A stretch of 64,000 nt of DNA from Octopus vulgaris (GCA_951406725.2 OX597822.1:80290001-80354000), one strand, 5' to 3'; counted from the first letter of the stretch, positions 12,619-26,989 are shown. Notes: generated by a model not told the origin, from the letters alone. Translations and numbers: made by a program.

Positions 12619-12799
12619 CTGATGATGATGATGATGATGATGATGGCGAAGAAGATGATGATTTCTAACATTAACAATTTTATTGTAATTATTATAATTA
12701 TTTAATAACGAAACTATTATTATTGTTATTATTATTATGATAATCATCATCATCATCATTATTATTATCATTATTATTATTATTATTATCATTATTATT

Positions 12800-12854
<55 letters not shown>

Positions 12855-13639
12855 CGACTACTACTACTGTTCTAATAACTATTGCTATTTTATTATTACC
12901 CCTGGAATGGCATTCATTAGACAAAGGGAACGCTAATAAGAGCAAAAAGCAAGCATGAACAACCAAGAAAATAAATCACCATCGTCATCATTAACAACAA
13001 CAGGAACGACAACAACAACACTTGCATCTGCGAGAAAAACGTTGCTAATTACAATAAGAGCAATCCAAATGAGAGAAATAGCAACAGTGTCTTGCATTAG
13101 GAATTTTTCTTCAGCCCATTTCTTTATAACTCGCGTGTTCCTTCTAATTATCTTTGGTCGTTTCCTTATCATTGGAATCCCTGAAGTAGCCGTCGTTATC
13201 GTAGTCGTCGTCGTTGTTGTCGTCGTCGTCGCCGTCCTCTTCCTTCTCCTCCTCCTCCTCCTCCTTCTTTTTCTCCTCATTATCAATAAGAGCAACCCTG
13301 TCGTGATCTGTTTTATCCCAATGAAGGTCATCATCATCGCCAATATGCTGATAATCCTAAAATCCCATGATCACCATCATGAATCCAACATCGTCATTAT
13401 CGTCATCGTCTTCGTCGTCGTCATCATGATTAACATCCTCCTCCTCCTCACCGTCATCATCATAACGGTTAATAATACCATTATAGTCGTTATAATCGTT
13501 ATTATAGTCATCAACATCCCATTCATAATCAGCACCAACATATCGCATACCGTCATCGCCCACCTCATCATTATCTTCGTTAGTTGAATCATAAGCTTTA
13601 TACAACATCACTTTCACCACCATCCTCATCCTTATCACC

Positions 13640-13820
13640 GGTATTCCGTCTGTCGCTACGTTCTGGGTTCAAATTCCGCCGATGTCGACTTTGTCTTTTA
13701 TTCATTCGGGGTTCATTAAATAAGTACCAGTTACGCACTGGCGTCGATGTAATCGACTTAAATCCCTTCCACCAAATTTGAGGCCTTGTGCGTCCAGTAG
13801 AAAGGATTATTATTATTATT
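13640..13820 (+). mobile_element. SINE family A copy (5'-truncated)
   Basis: B box GGGTTCAAATTCC, core, and (TTA)n tail. Confidence 0.8.
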
Positions 13821-13868
<48 letters not shown>

Positions 13869-13880
13869 GCTATTATTATT

Positions 13881-14108
13881 CAGGCGGCAAGGAAGCAGAA
13901 TCGTTAGTGCGCCGGGCAAAATGCTTAGCGGTATTTCATCTGCCGCTACTTTCTCACTTCAAACACCGCTGGGGTCGACTTTGCTTTTCATCCTTTTGGA
14001 GTCGATAAAATTAAGTACTAGTTACGCGCTGGGGTCGATATAATCGATTATTCCTCCTTCCTCAAATTTCAGGCCTTGTGCCTATACTGCAAACGATTGT
14101 TATTATTA
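13881..14108 (+). mobile_element. SINE family A copy (full length)
   Basis: AGGCGGCAAGGAAGCAGAATCGTTAG head, core GTCGACTTTGCTTTTCATCC, tail GGCCTTGTGCCTATA...TTATTATTA. Confidence 0.85.
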
Positions 14109-15534
14109 GTTAACTTTGATTTTTAAGAACATCCAATAACATTGAAAACTTCCTTGCAGAATTTCTCTTTCAAGTGAAACTGATGCAGTATTTCAATTGA
14201 TTTTCACAATACAATCTTTTTAATGATTATTTGACGGGAGGAATGTCTGTCCTCTTCAGTGAACGACGTCTGCATGACTGGCTTTATATCATTGCAGTTT
14301 GTTTTTCTATAATGCTTAAACAAGCAAGATACGGCCTTGAAACTAAAAGTATTTGAAAGATATTCCTTTTGCGTTCTATGTATGTCAAGCGTTAAACAAA
14401 TATTATTTTAACTATTGAACGAAATCACATAAGCTCTTATACGAACATGTCTATTATTCCTACGACAACCGAGTTGATAAACTACGGAACGAAATCGAAG
14501 ATATAATGTGTTAGAGACACATTTATACAATGTCATTCGTCAGACAATTGACTCATAAGTTTATAGAACGAATACGGAAGCGTAATCAGTCATCAACTTA
14601 ATGATTGTGTCCATTTCGAAAGAAAAGTGACTGGAAAAGTAAGCACACACACACGCATACCTCACACACGCATGCATACATTCATACACTCACACACACA
14701 AAAATAAATATTATTGATTACTTTCGACGACGTGTGTTGCAGTCAGTCCGATTAACGGAACAGCCTGCTCGTGAAATTAACTTGTAACTCCACAAACTGC
14801 CATTCCCTTACCGCCGTTCTCAAGGAGATTCAGTGCGACACAGAGAATGTGACAAGACTGGCCCTTTCACTTACACGTACATACCATTTTTGCCGGGTGA
14901 ATGGAATGGAACAACGTGAAATAAAGCGTTTTGCTCCAGTAAAGAGTGCACCGCTGGGAAATGAACGAACGACATTACAATATCGAGACAAATACAAGGG
15001 ATTGATGAAAGCAAAAAATATATCAGAAGGCACTCGTGCAAGGTGCCGCGAAGCGGGATTAAAAACTAGTTGCTTTAGTTTTGCCTTCGAGTGCGTGTGT
15101 GTATGTGTGTATGCGTGTGTGTGTATCATCCAGACACACACACATACACACACACATAGAGGCACACTCTCACTCATATATGTCTGTATGAATACACGTT
15201 ACGAGTGCACCTGCGCGTCGGCATACATCTAATTGCTGGAGTTTTTTTTCCCCTCTAATGTCAACGTCTCCCCGATCTTCAGCGGATGGCTGGGGGTGGG
15301 GTGTGAGGGTGTATTCGAAACAGAAAAGAAATGTAAATACGAAAGAATACAAAAAGAGGAATGTAATTAAATGTAACGCAAATGGAAGATGTTATTTTAA
15401 AATTTTCTCGATTCTTTGTTAAAATGTCGAATTTTTACTCTGTGTTTTTTCCTTCCCGCTGTACCGTTTCCCTGACAATTAGCATTCCTCGTTTAGTTTT
15501 GTATTCAAATCATTATTCATTAAAATTATAGATT

Positions 15535-15700
15535 TTCGAGAAATGTCAAAGCGAAACGTTGTGAGAGGGGGCAAATCGATTACATCAACCCCAGTGTTCA
15601 ACAGGTATTTATTTTATCGATTCCAAAACGATAAAAGGCAAAGTCGATCTTGCTAGAATTTGTAATGAGATCGTAATGACAAACTTAAATGATAAACGTC
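15535..15700 (-). mobile_element. Diverged SINE family A copy
   Basis: ATTTTATCGATTCCAAAACGATAAAAGGCAAAGTCGATCT matches the reverse-complemented core. Confidence 0.6.
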
Positions 15701-15884
15701 TGGAAAATTTTACAGATTTCTACAGTTCTAGTGATGGGTTCGATCTGTAGTCTTCGAATCAGCTTTCTCCTTTCTGGTTTTGAGAAGCCTAATTTCTCAA
15801 GATTGGTATTTAGTCAGTGTGTTATATATCTCAGGGCCCCAATAAGTACATGTATATATGTATGTACATATGCGTGTATGCATT

Positions 15885-15918
<34 letters not shown>

Positions 15919-16471
15919 TGTATGTATGTATGTATGTATGTACATTGTGTCAGGTCGCTCTTGGGCGCTGCTGGTAACATGCAACCCAATATAACCTGTT
16001 GCGTGGTCGGGTCGTCCGTGACTAAACTGGCAGCCCCATCAAACCTGATTGGTGAGGAGTGTGATTGTTGCACACTAATAGCAAAACCGTTGTAATAACT
16101 ATGACAATTTTTGATATCTGGATATACGATAGTTTGTCAAAAAAGAACCGGTTATTGCAAGCAAGATAAATATTGAATTAAAAAAAACGCATTTCCCCAA
16201 AAGTTGGACATACGATATAGCTTTTTTATAGATAGATATATACAGGGTGATTTGGAGTTTGGTATATATCTAGTAGGATTTGGAGTTTGGGTATATATCT
16301 AGTAGGATTTCCACTTATTTACACTAGATACCTGCCGAGATACTGTGTGCATTGACAGATGTGCCACAAGGGGACGTAGAATATCATACACATAACGGTC
16401 AGATGCAGGATGGGTCGAAACGATCGTTGAATAAAGTTTCTTGCTTAATCCATTTTCTATTTACTTCATTG

Positions 16472-16508
<37 letters not shown>

Positions 16509-16831
16509 GCAACGCTCATGCACATACAAAAACCCACCCACAGACACAAACACACACGCACACACACATTTATATAAGCACTTCAAGGAAAATTTTGATT
16601 TAAGAGTTTCTGGTTACTGACTTTCGTCAGTATATAACGGCTTGTGAACCGAATTCTTAGTATATGAAACGTTTTCTTGGAAGAAAAAATATATTGTAGT
16701 AAAGACTAATGAGTGATCATCAGTTTAATGGAAATGAGATTTTATATAGAAGTTTACATAGAAGACACACACAGAGAGTACACACACTCGCACACACATA
16801 TATATATATATCTGTATATACATGATATGCC

Positions 16832-16870
<39 letters not shown>

Positions 16871-16890
16871 TATGCACATGTGTGCGTGTG

Positions 16891-16950
<60 letters not shown>

Positions 16951-17091
16951 TTAAGTCTTTACACAGGATAAAATTCCTGTGCTAAACCGCAAACGAAAAA
17001 CGCAGCATTATCGTCAATCGCAGGGGCATTATGTGAATTGAATAGCAGGGGCGGTATGTGAATTGAATACGTAGTTTTCTTACTCTGTATA

Positions 17092-17163
<72 letters not shown>

Positions 17164-17756
17164 ACAGCCACATTTACACACATGCACATATGTACTTTAA
17201 GTATAGCAGATAGTGATATTAGTGTGCGCGCGCACTCACATTCACTCATATACACCCATCTGTAAAGGCGGGCATAGTTGTCATTGAGATTTCTGTGAAT
17301 TACAATATCTTTGGTGCATGTTTGTTTATTGAGAACTTTGTGTTCTGCTTTATTTGTGTATGTGTATGCACGTGTGTGAGTGTGTGTGTGTGTGTGTGTA
17401 CGTGTACCTGTGTATATGTACATCTGTGTGAATGAAAGTTTACCTGTGTATATATTTGTGTGTATCTGTATGCGGGTGTGGCTTCATGTGTATGTGTGTG
17501 TGTGTGTGTGTGTGTGCAATGCATTGTCACTATACTATTTAGTTGTTGCCATCTCGGTCGACAATCAATACATTCATTGTCTCGCTGTGTGTAATTTTCA
17601 ATTAACAAATTCCTACAGCTCGTCTCTCTCTCTCGTTCATTCAGTGGCTTTTTCCAATTCTCTCACTTCCTTTGTGTCTTCTTTTCCCTCTGTCTCTCTC
17701 TCTCTGTCGCTCTGTCTGTCTCTCTCTGCTTCTTTTTTGTAATCCTTATGCTTATA

Positions 17757-17810
<54 letters not shown>

Positions 17811-18010
17811 AGCAAAGCGCTTAATACTGGTTCTTTACCACCCACTTCTTTCTCTACATGGCAAAATGACAATTCTTTGTCTCTTTCCTCTTTCTTTCTC
17901 TCTCTCTCTTGGTATTTATACATATATATATATAATTATAATATATATACATGATATATATATATATATAATTATATAATATATATATATGTATATGTAT
18001 ATATAATATA

Positions 18011-18092
<82 letters not shown>

Positions 18093-18204
18093 CGATATAT
18101 GTATATATATACATTTGCTCGACTAAGGGTGGTGCTCCATCATGGCCGCAGCTCAAATGACTGAACCAAGTAAGACAGTATAAATGTATATATGTATATA
18201 TATG

Positions 18205-18400
18205 GGAAGGTGGGTGGCTTAGTGGTAAGTGTGTTGCACTCACGATCTCTAGGTTGTGAGTTCGAATTCCAAAGTAAGAGGCGCGTTGTGTTCTAAAGCA
18301 AAATATTTAATTTGGCGCTGCTCCAGTCAACTCAGGCGTGAATGGGAAACCCTGCAACGGACAAGCGGACTGGCGTCATTCGAATGTTAAAACGATGGAA
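18205..18400 (+). mobile_element. SINE family C copy (tRNA head, GCGCGTTGTGTC motif, V-SINE-like), diverged
   Basis: A box TGGCTTAGTGG, B box GAGTTCGAATTCC, then GGCGCGTTGTGTTC and CCCTGCAACGGAC..GGACTGGCGTC. Preceded by a family B 3' fragment (about 18115-18180). Confidence 0.65.
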
Positions 18401-19225
18401 ACTGCATTGTCATCAGTGATGCATAACAACATACGACTGTCTGCTTGATCACATAGTCATGTGATCTATATACAAACATGTGTGTGTGTGTGTGTACATC
18501 AACAGTTAAGATCTGTGATTCATATAATGATATTCGATCCACTGCGATTCAACCATGACAAGTGATTTTCCCCATGGCTTCAGATGAACTCAAAATTTGC
18601 GCATATACCTGGGATGATAACGACAACAGTTTGACAGTCCAGTGGAGGAATCGTACGGATTACTCTAATCTATTATCCTATCACTCGCTCTAAAGAGCTG
18701 ATAGGTCAAAGTTTTGCTGTCCGTGTAACAATCAGCGACATTTTCACAAGGTCAGTAGTCTTAGGGAAGGGACTTTTTCGACAGCAATGACCACAGTATT
18801 TGAGAGGTACTTTATTTTAGAGAACCAAAAAGAAACAAAGGCACGATTTGAATTCTGAAAGGTGGGATCTAATTTGCGAATGTAAAGTACCGGAGGAACT
18901 ATCCGTAGGGCATTTTCTCTAATTCTCTCACGACTTTGCCAGCTCGCATAAAAAAATAATAATAATAGTCACACGTAAGGAGAAGAGCATTTTCGCTGTA
19001 AATTTTCTTTCCTTTTCCCCACCTTTATCTTATTTGTTTACTTTCTTTTTTTTCATTCTTTCCTCTTTCTCTCTCTCTTCCTCTTTTTCTCTGTCACTTG
19101 ACTCTATAAATGGAAAATCTGGTGGACTTGTTTTAATGGTCTACCAATGTACATGGTACGTTTCTCTGCCCTAGTTGTCAGGACGACACTCAGCAAGAAA
19201 CGGAAACAGAACTGAAAGAAGATGC

Positions 19226-19281
<56 letters not shown>

Positions 19282-19414
19282 TGGATGTTATTATAGCAGT
19301 TGTAGTAGGCGCAGTAGTATCGGTTGTGTTGTTTGTGAGGTGCCCTTGGTGATTGTATGAGGTTATGATGGTTATAATTATAATGATAATGATAATGATT
19401 ATAATAATGATCAG

Positions 19415-19575
19415 ATAGATAGAGGAAATCGGCATAATACCTCGTATGGTTAGGGGAAGTAGGCACAAAACCTTGTTTAATTCAGGTCCAGAAAACAGTA
19501 TTTTAGGGACAGCTAGGATACTTATGAAGATTCTTGGTAAGAACTAAGGTTACTTGGAGCACGATTTTTGTAATT
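19415..19575 (+). mobile_element. 3' end relic of an R4/Dong-type (RLE) non-LTR retrotransposon
   Basis: Reads WLGEVGTKPCLIQVQKTV-(frameshift)-GTARILMKILGKN*, matching the LQKxxLLGTARILRKVL C-terminal motif. Lies among (TAA)n repeats. Confidence 0.6.
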
Positions 19576-19606
19576 TTTTAAACATTCTAATCAGCTGGGC
19601 TTAAAT

Positions 19607-19641
<35 letters not shown>

Positions 19642-20149
19642 AATGATGATGATAATAACAAAAACAAAAACAACAACAACAACAACAATAATAATAATAA
19701 TAATAATGATAATAAAAAGAGCAATAATAGTAATAACAATAATAATGATAATAATGATGACGATGATGATGATGATGATGATAACAATAATAAAAGCAGT
19801 TGATGACAATTTGCAGTGCAACAATTAAGTAATGGTGGAAGAGAAAATTGCAGTTCGAAAAAGTCATTCCCTTTTCCATTATCCTATTTTCTCATTAACT
19901 ATTTTAATTCTCCACTGTTCTCTTCCCCCTCTCTCTGTACAGACACACACACATGCACATACACACACACGCGCACACATATGCATAAACGCACGCACAT
20001 ACATGCGCATAGTAAAAACTTCGATGACATCAAAATTTTGAAAGACTTCTAAACGTAACTTGAAACCCGAACATGGAAACTATGTGAATTATAGACGAAA
20101 AAAAAAACCCTTTTTCATTTACTAGCATATGTGTATGTGTGTGTATCTG

Positions 20150-20278
<129 letters not shown>

Positions 20279-20560
20279 GCAAATATACATACATATATAT
20301 ATATATATATATCAATAATAAAAAAAATATTTTTATTATTGATAATACAATTCCTCTCTCCCTGCTTTTTACTACGGTTCTCACCGCCAAAATTTGTTTA
20401 CTCTAATAACTCACGTGGATGGAAGCGGGAGGAATACAAGTCCTCACTCGTACTTTTTGAATTTGTTGGCACTGGCAGTTTGGAGATGGTTTGTCTGAGA
20501 TTACTCATATCGGATGGGTATATTCAATTCTTAGTGCTTTCAAATCCAAATTAAGAAATG

Positions 20561-20622
20561 TTGAGCTGACGAAGGAAATGTTGTGTTTAAATTCAACTTA
20601 TCCAGAAACGTAACGTTCTCAA
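20561..20622 (+). ncRNA. Type I hammerhead ribozyme motif with canonical core
   Basis: Stem I TTGAG(20561-65)/CTCAA(20618-22); core CTGACGA (20566-72); stem II GGA..GTTG/CAAC..TCC; GAAA (20605-08); stem III ACG-TAA-CGT; predicted cleavage after GUU at 20617. Positions 10.1/11.1 are A-A. Confidence 0.72.
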
Positions 20623-20838
20623 ATGATCTTTGTACATGTGATATTTTGCTTATTTTCCCTCCATATCTACGTGAATTATTTTTGAGTAAACACTATCTGG
20701 GAGATTTTTCTTATAGTAGAAGAAATGGCTAAAAAAACATTTTGGCTGCTATTTCTAAAAGTTTCAGTATGTGGTAAAGTAAATTATTTTACTGAGCCCT
20801 AATTATATAACGTTATATATATATATATATATATATAG

Positions 20839-20882
<44 letters not shown>

Positions 20883-21468
20883 TTGCATATACATATATAT
20901 ATATTACTTCAAATTTTCTGCCTTTTATATATCCCCTTTCTCTTCTTTTCTCGATCATCTGACACTCCCATCCTAATTCTCACCGAAGGTACATGGACCT
21001 CTTTTCACGTTAGCTTTCTGTCATGTTTCCATATGACTTCCTACTCTTCTCTCTCTCCATCCTCTCTCCCTGCCCCTTCCTGTTCTCACTCTCTGTCTGT
21101 GTGCCTGTCTCTCTGACTCTCTCTTAATATATACATCTTCACTCTTCTTTTCAACCAATTTCCCCGATTGCGCCATTATTTTGTTCTCTGTTCTGCTTTC
21201 TGTAAATAGTACATTGCTACATGTAGTAATGAATTACTCCGAAATAGTTCTGAAATATGACAGCTATGAGACAGTGTTCCTATGTTTTCATATGACAAAT
21301 ACTTTCACGCTTTGCAGACAAATACTTCTTATACTTTCATAGCGAGAAAGGCGGAACCATTTTTAGACGTTAGAATGAGAATAAAAGCGTTCTTTATTTA
21401 TTTACATTACGATAAAAGAATGTCTTAATGTCTCGAAAGTCTCAATAGAGAAAATACAATATAGATAC

Positions 21469-21499
<31 letters not shown>

Positions 21500-21521
<22 letters not shown>

Positions 21522-21549
21522 TATATATCGATACATATTTATATGTATA

Positions 21550-21599
<50 letters not shown>

Positions 21600-21664
21600 A
21601 TATATATATATATATGCATATATATCGATACATATTTATATGTATAATGTATATATATATATAC

Positions 21665-21695
<31 letters not shown>

Positions 21696-21728
21696 TGCAT
21701 ATATATCGATACATATTTATATGTATAA

Positions 21729-21804
<76 letters not shown>

Positions 21805-21835
21805 TATATATCGATACATATTTATATGTATAATG

Positions 21836-21890
<55 letters not shown>
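21500..21890. repeat. Compound tandem repeat, 4 units of GCATATATATCGATACATATTTATATGTATAATG + variable (TA)n
   Basis: The unit core recurs four times, separated by (TA)n of varying length. Confidence 0.8.
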
Positions 21891-21895
<5 letters not shown>

Positions 21896-22481
21896 TGTGT
21901 GTGTGTGTGTATGTATATATAATCCACGCATACATAAAATATCCATATACACACGCATACACACAATACTGATTTTTGCAAGATTATTCTTGTTTCTTTC
22001 ACTCCTGGATTTGTTCCGGTATACCAGCTTTATGGAGAGACTGAACAATGTTTTCAATACGGGGCAAAACTTTCAATCCGATATTTGCAAACGAAAGAAT
22101 GGTGTTGAACAAAAATAGTCGTAAAACTCAAACTTCCCAATCTACATCACCATTTTACAAATGCGCTGGGGAAGTAAACGGGAAAAGTTTTAAGAGAACA
22201 ATTTTTGCAATAAATATATATATTTAAGTATTGTGTACGTTGACCGTTATCATATATTATGGATGTTACTCTTTCTTATAAAACGGCATATGTATATATA
22301 TAATCATGTAGAATTTGGGTATACACCTAGTAGTATGCCAATTAAAGCACTTTCACTGTTTAGGCTACCTGGTTTTAGCCACAGTTTTCATTTACTTTTA
22401 ATTTAGTTTGAGGGAAACGGAAAACGAAGTTCACGAGAAGCTTTATGCATCGCGAAACTTCATTTTCCGTTTCCCTCGTTC

Positions 22482-22520
<39 letters not shown>

Positions 22521-22905
22521 GCGTGTGTGTGTATATGTGCGTTTGTGACTCTCTGTGTGTGTGTGTTTGTGTGTGCGTGTATTTACATTTGTATGTGTAT
22601 ATGTATATTGGTTTAAAGTCATGTGTATCATAGCCACATATATTGGGACATGATAAGGCATTTTGCTGCGGTAATAGTCCTACAAGAAAATTCTGTATAT
22701 ATTGTGACATCATTGGATACTAGAACGGAAGTTTTTCTGCGTCGTTCTGATTCGCCGGCTTCCAAAATGAAATCTGTCTCTCACAGCCAGATAAGAAAAA
22801 AATTATTCTTATTTAAATGGCATATGGAACGATTGCAGATGTGTTCAACGATTAAATATTAATGTTACATGATTCAGCTTTGACTAAAACGTTGCTGCGT
22901 TCGAC

Positions 22906-22951
<46 letters not shown>

Positions 22952-22955
<4 letters not shown>

Positions 22956-23178
22956 GGGTGCTGAAAAATTCCTGGCTCTAGATAAAAGAAAATGCAGGAG
23001 GATTAGTTAATTATGATTTTATTCAACATATTTCCCTCTCAGATTCACACATTTTTTGTACCTGTAAAAGACTTCTGAAAGTTGGGTTTCCTCCCACGGC
23101 TTATTTTTATACCCTTAAAGCCTTGAGTTTTTAAGCATCCCAGGATACACCCTTAAAGCCAGGAATTTTAAAGCATAT
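22952..23178. mobile_element. Mariner-type MITE
   Basis: Left TIR TGAGGGGTGCTGAAAAATTCCTGGCT vs right AAAGCCAGGAATTTTAAAGCA, flanked by TA. The right end is locally duplicated (ACCCTTAAAGCC twice). Confidence 0.65.
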
Positions 23179-23374
23179 ATAAACGTTTGCATACGCAAAT
23201 TGGAGATTCATTAATCAATTAATAAATGACAGATTTCATTTGTCCAATTCTGAGGTTTACTGTGTCCCTACTCAGTGTGTCTAGACAGATTTGATAATTT
23301 CTTTCGGTCTATGAAATTATGACTGAAGAAACTCGGATGATGATTTGAGAAGAAAATTACAAAGTATCGAATTG

Positions 23375-23450
23375 ATAAATTTTATTTATCGCTTATGATC
23401 AGAAGATAACAAATAAATTTTATTTGTCGCTTATGATCAGAAGATAACAA
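23375..23450. repeat. 38-bp tandem duplication
   Basis: ATAAATTTTATTT(A/G)TCGCTTATGATCAGAAGATAACAA twice, 1 mismatch. Confidence 0.85.
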
Positions 23451-24153
23451 CGTGGAAATGGTAGTTTGTTAATGGTGAAAGTATGAGAAGGATTATGCTC
23501 TAAGAGATTGTAATTCTGTTTCTTGAACAGAAGAAATACTGTTATAAATGTGTCGTCGGTGGTACTCACGCTTCCAATGTTGATGCATACAGAGCAGCTT
23601 AAAAACAGAGAGGATGTGAAATGCAACCATACACCCCCCCAAAAAAAAAGCAGTAATCAAAAATCAAACACACGCACGCGAACTCCCACACACAAAGAAA
23701 TAAAAGCAACTTTTATACTGATGCTATACTATGGTTTACCGTCAACTTAAGGTGAAGTGCATCTCAAAGATTTCTATGTAAAGATCAAAGAAAATAACCG
23801 CAGGTGTTGGTAAGAAGAATTGCACTGCATTGGCTTACGGCAAAACGAATACAGTTTTAAAAGTAGATACACACAGCACGCACATTCCTTTTGTACTAGA
23901 GACTCTACTCCTCTCAACAAAACCATCTGTAAACTGTAGTAATGCGGAATTATAATTCCGTATACTGGAAAATCATCAAAGCTACATCCCCTAGGGTGAA
24001 GAGTGGCGATAAACTAGCGTATCACAAGAGACAGACAAAATACACTGAGGATGCATTAATGACATCATATTATCTCTCTTATATATGTCTATATATATAT
24101 ATATTATTACAAAATTTGGGATTTTACCAATATGGATATATAATTCCATTATA

Positions 24154-24218
<65 letters not shown>

Positions 24219-25019
24219 TTTATATTGGAAAAACCTAGAGCGTGGAGATTCTGTTGTCTCGAGAAGCTCATTATGCCAATGATAACGACATTCTCTGGTT
24301 CTGTGTCTCCCATTTATTATCCGTCAATTGGTTAACTGTTTTAACCAATTAACTATTTCATTTTCTCATTAGTCATTCGTCAAGGAAACAATTAGTTATT
24401 TTTGTGAAGCCGTTTAGTCGCTATTCGCGGCCTTTTAAATGTCCTCACCTACATGCTGCAGGTCAGTCTCCTGTCTGCGTGTGTTTCTTTGTTCTTAGGG
24501 TTTATATTTATGTTATGGTATGGATGCAAGAAAAAAAAATATACAAGAGTAAAAAATATCCCAGTAGATAATATATATATATGAGTGTGTATTTTCGTAA
24601 AAAATATGGTTAAACACACAAAATCACAATATGCTAAGATTAACAGCTACCACAAAATGTAAATAGAATGATAAACAAAATTCCTGTATTACACAAAAAA
24701 TACCATTAAAAAGCACAACTGAAATGACAATGTAATAACTCTATAAACGACATCAAAGCAAGCCGCATACACAAGAAATGAGCAAACTTTATGCACCTGT
24801 GGCTCACGGGAATGCACTTCCTATAAAGCAGATACGTGAAAAATTGCAAAACTATTAGTAGTAGTAAATAAGATAACAGCAGAAATAAGAGCAGTAGTAG
24901 TAGTAGTAGTAGTAGAAGCAGTAATACTACCCGTACTAGTTGTAGTATTATTAATAGTGATATACTGATAATCAATATTAAAAAAAAAGTTAACCTCAAT
25001 AGCAATAACAACAACAACA

Positions 25020-25241
25020 ATAATAAACCTTTCTGTTATAGGCGCAAGGGCTGAAGTATTGGGGGAGGAGGCCACTCCATTAGATCGACTTCAGTACGCA
25101 ACTGGTACTTAATTTATCGACCACGAAAGAATCAAAGGCAAAGTCGACCTCGGCGGAATTTGAAGTCAGAACGTAAAGATAGACGAAATACAGCTATGCA
25201 TTTCGCCCGGCATGCTAACGTTTCTGCCAGAATCGCCGCCT
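25020..25241 (-). mobile_element. SINE family A copy (full length)
   Basis: Reverse complement of head (GGCGGCGATTCTGGCAGAAACGTTAGC), B box, core and (TTA)n tail. Confidence 0.85.
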
Positions 25242-25265
25242 GTAATAATGATGATGATGATGATG

Positions 25266-25319
<54 letters not shown>

Positions 25320-25321
25320 GT

Positions 25322-25542
25322 AATGATACTTTCTTGTAGAGGCACAATGCCTCAAATTTGTTGGGTGGGGACTAATTGATTACGTCGACACCAGAGTTAC
25401 ACTGTTGCTTAATCTATCGACCTCTGAGATGATGACAGGCAAAATCGACCTCGGCGGAATTTGAACTCAGAAAGTAACGGCAGACGAAATACGGCTACGC
25501 ATTTCGCCCGGCGTGCTAACGTTTCTGCCAGCTCGCCGCCTT
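25322..25542 (-). mobile_element. SINE family A copy (full length)
   Basis: Reverse complement of AAGGCGGCGAGCTGGCAGAAACGTTAGCACGCCGGGCG...GAGTTCAAATTCCGCCGAGGTCG. Confidence 0.85.
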
Positions 25543-25556
25543 ATGTAATAACAATT

Positions 25557-25588
<32 letters not shown>

Positions 25589-26947
25589 AATTCTAATAAT
25601 GATGATAATGCTAAGAGTAGTGGTAGTAATAATGATGACGATGATGATGATGATGATGATGATAGTGTACTCAATGAAATGCGCCATGAGATCATACTAT
25701 CCGCCAGTCATTAAGAACACAAAACGTATTTGTTTATTTTTAAAAAAATCTTTTTGTTTTCTCTTTCTTTGTTCTCTTATTAAATCTGAAACTTCCATTA
25801 AATGTTTTCCCATAATGCAGTGTTTCTAACCACCCAACCATCGCACCATCTCAACCTTTGTCTCATCATTCAAACATCCCAGACCACCCTCAACCATCCC
25901 CACCTGTGCAACATCTTCCTACCACCACCACCATCGTCATCGTAATCAACAACACCACCCTCACCATCTATACAACCACCACCAATACCAGCACCAGCAT
26001 CACCATCAGCAGCATTAACAAAACACCCCACCACCACCACCACCACCGCCAACACCACAACAATCACCACCACCACCACCACTGTAGTCTTACTACAACC
26101 GCCCCACCAGCATCGTCACTACCACCACCATGACAGCGCTCACCATCATCAAAGAAGCAACCTCACCACCACCACCACCACCATCACCACCGCCGCCATA
26201 GCAACAACAATGAACGTCACTATAATTACTACCACTACCACCACCACAACCACCACCTGCTCCGTCAACACCACCGCCATATCTCTCATAGAAAACACCA
26301 GAGCTTCATAGAGAAAGGATAAAAAAATAAGGAAAACTTCAACAACAGCAACAACAACCACAACAACAAACACAACGATAACAATAACAACCGCAACCAA
26401 CACAATCACCACGACGACCATCACTACTACTACCACCACCACCACCACCACCAATGTGACTACTAAATACAATCAACATCTTCCGCCAACCAGCCAGCCA
26501 GCTAGCCAGCCAGCTAGCCAGCCAGCCAGCCAACAAGAAACACAACTTAAGCAAATAGCATTTAAACAAGCTTCGGGAAGCTTCTAGAAAAAATAATTTA
26601 AGAAAGAAAAAAAATCATAGAGATCAAAAAAAAAAAAAAAAGAAAACAGTGAATAAATAAATAAATAGAAATAGAAGGCGATCGATTGTGAACTCGAAGT
26701 TCCTTCACTTAGGAAACCTAACTCTCTCCTATCGACCCAGGCTGTGTCTCTTGTGCTTTCCCATCACAAGAAGATATCTACTAACAATAATCTAGCTTAA
26801 AAACACACACAGACATATACATACACACACATAGACACACATACACATAGACACACACGCACACATAGACACACACACGCACGCACACACAAACACACAC
26901 ACCAAATAGATGCACACACAAGCTCAGGTTCTATACTTCTCTCGTTA

Positions 26948-26989
<42 letters not shown>

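Noticed and set aside
12933-13638. ORFs of 136-210 aa with hydrophobic or acidic runs
   Set aside because: Built from CAT/CGT/CCT repeats; no splice or domain evidence.
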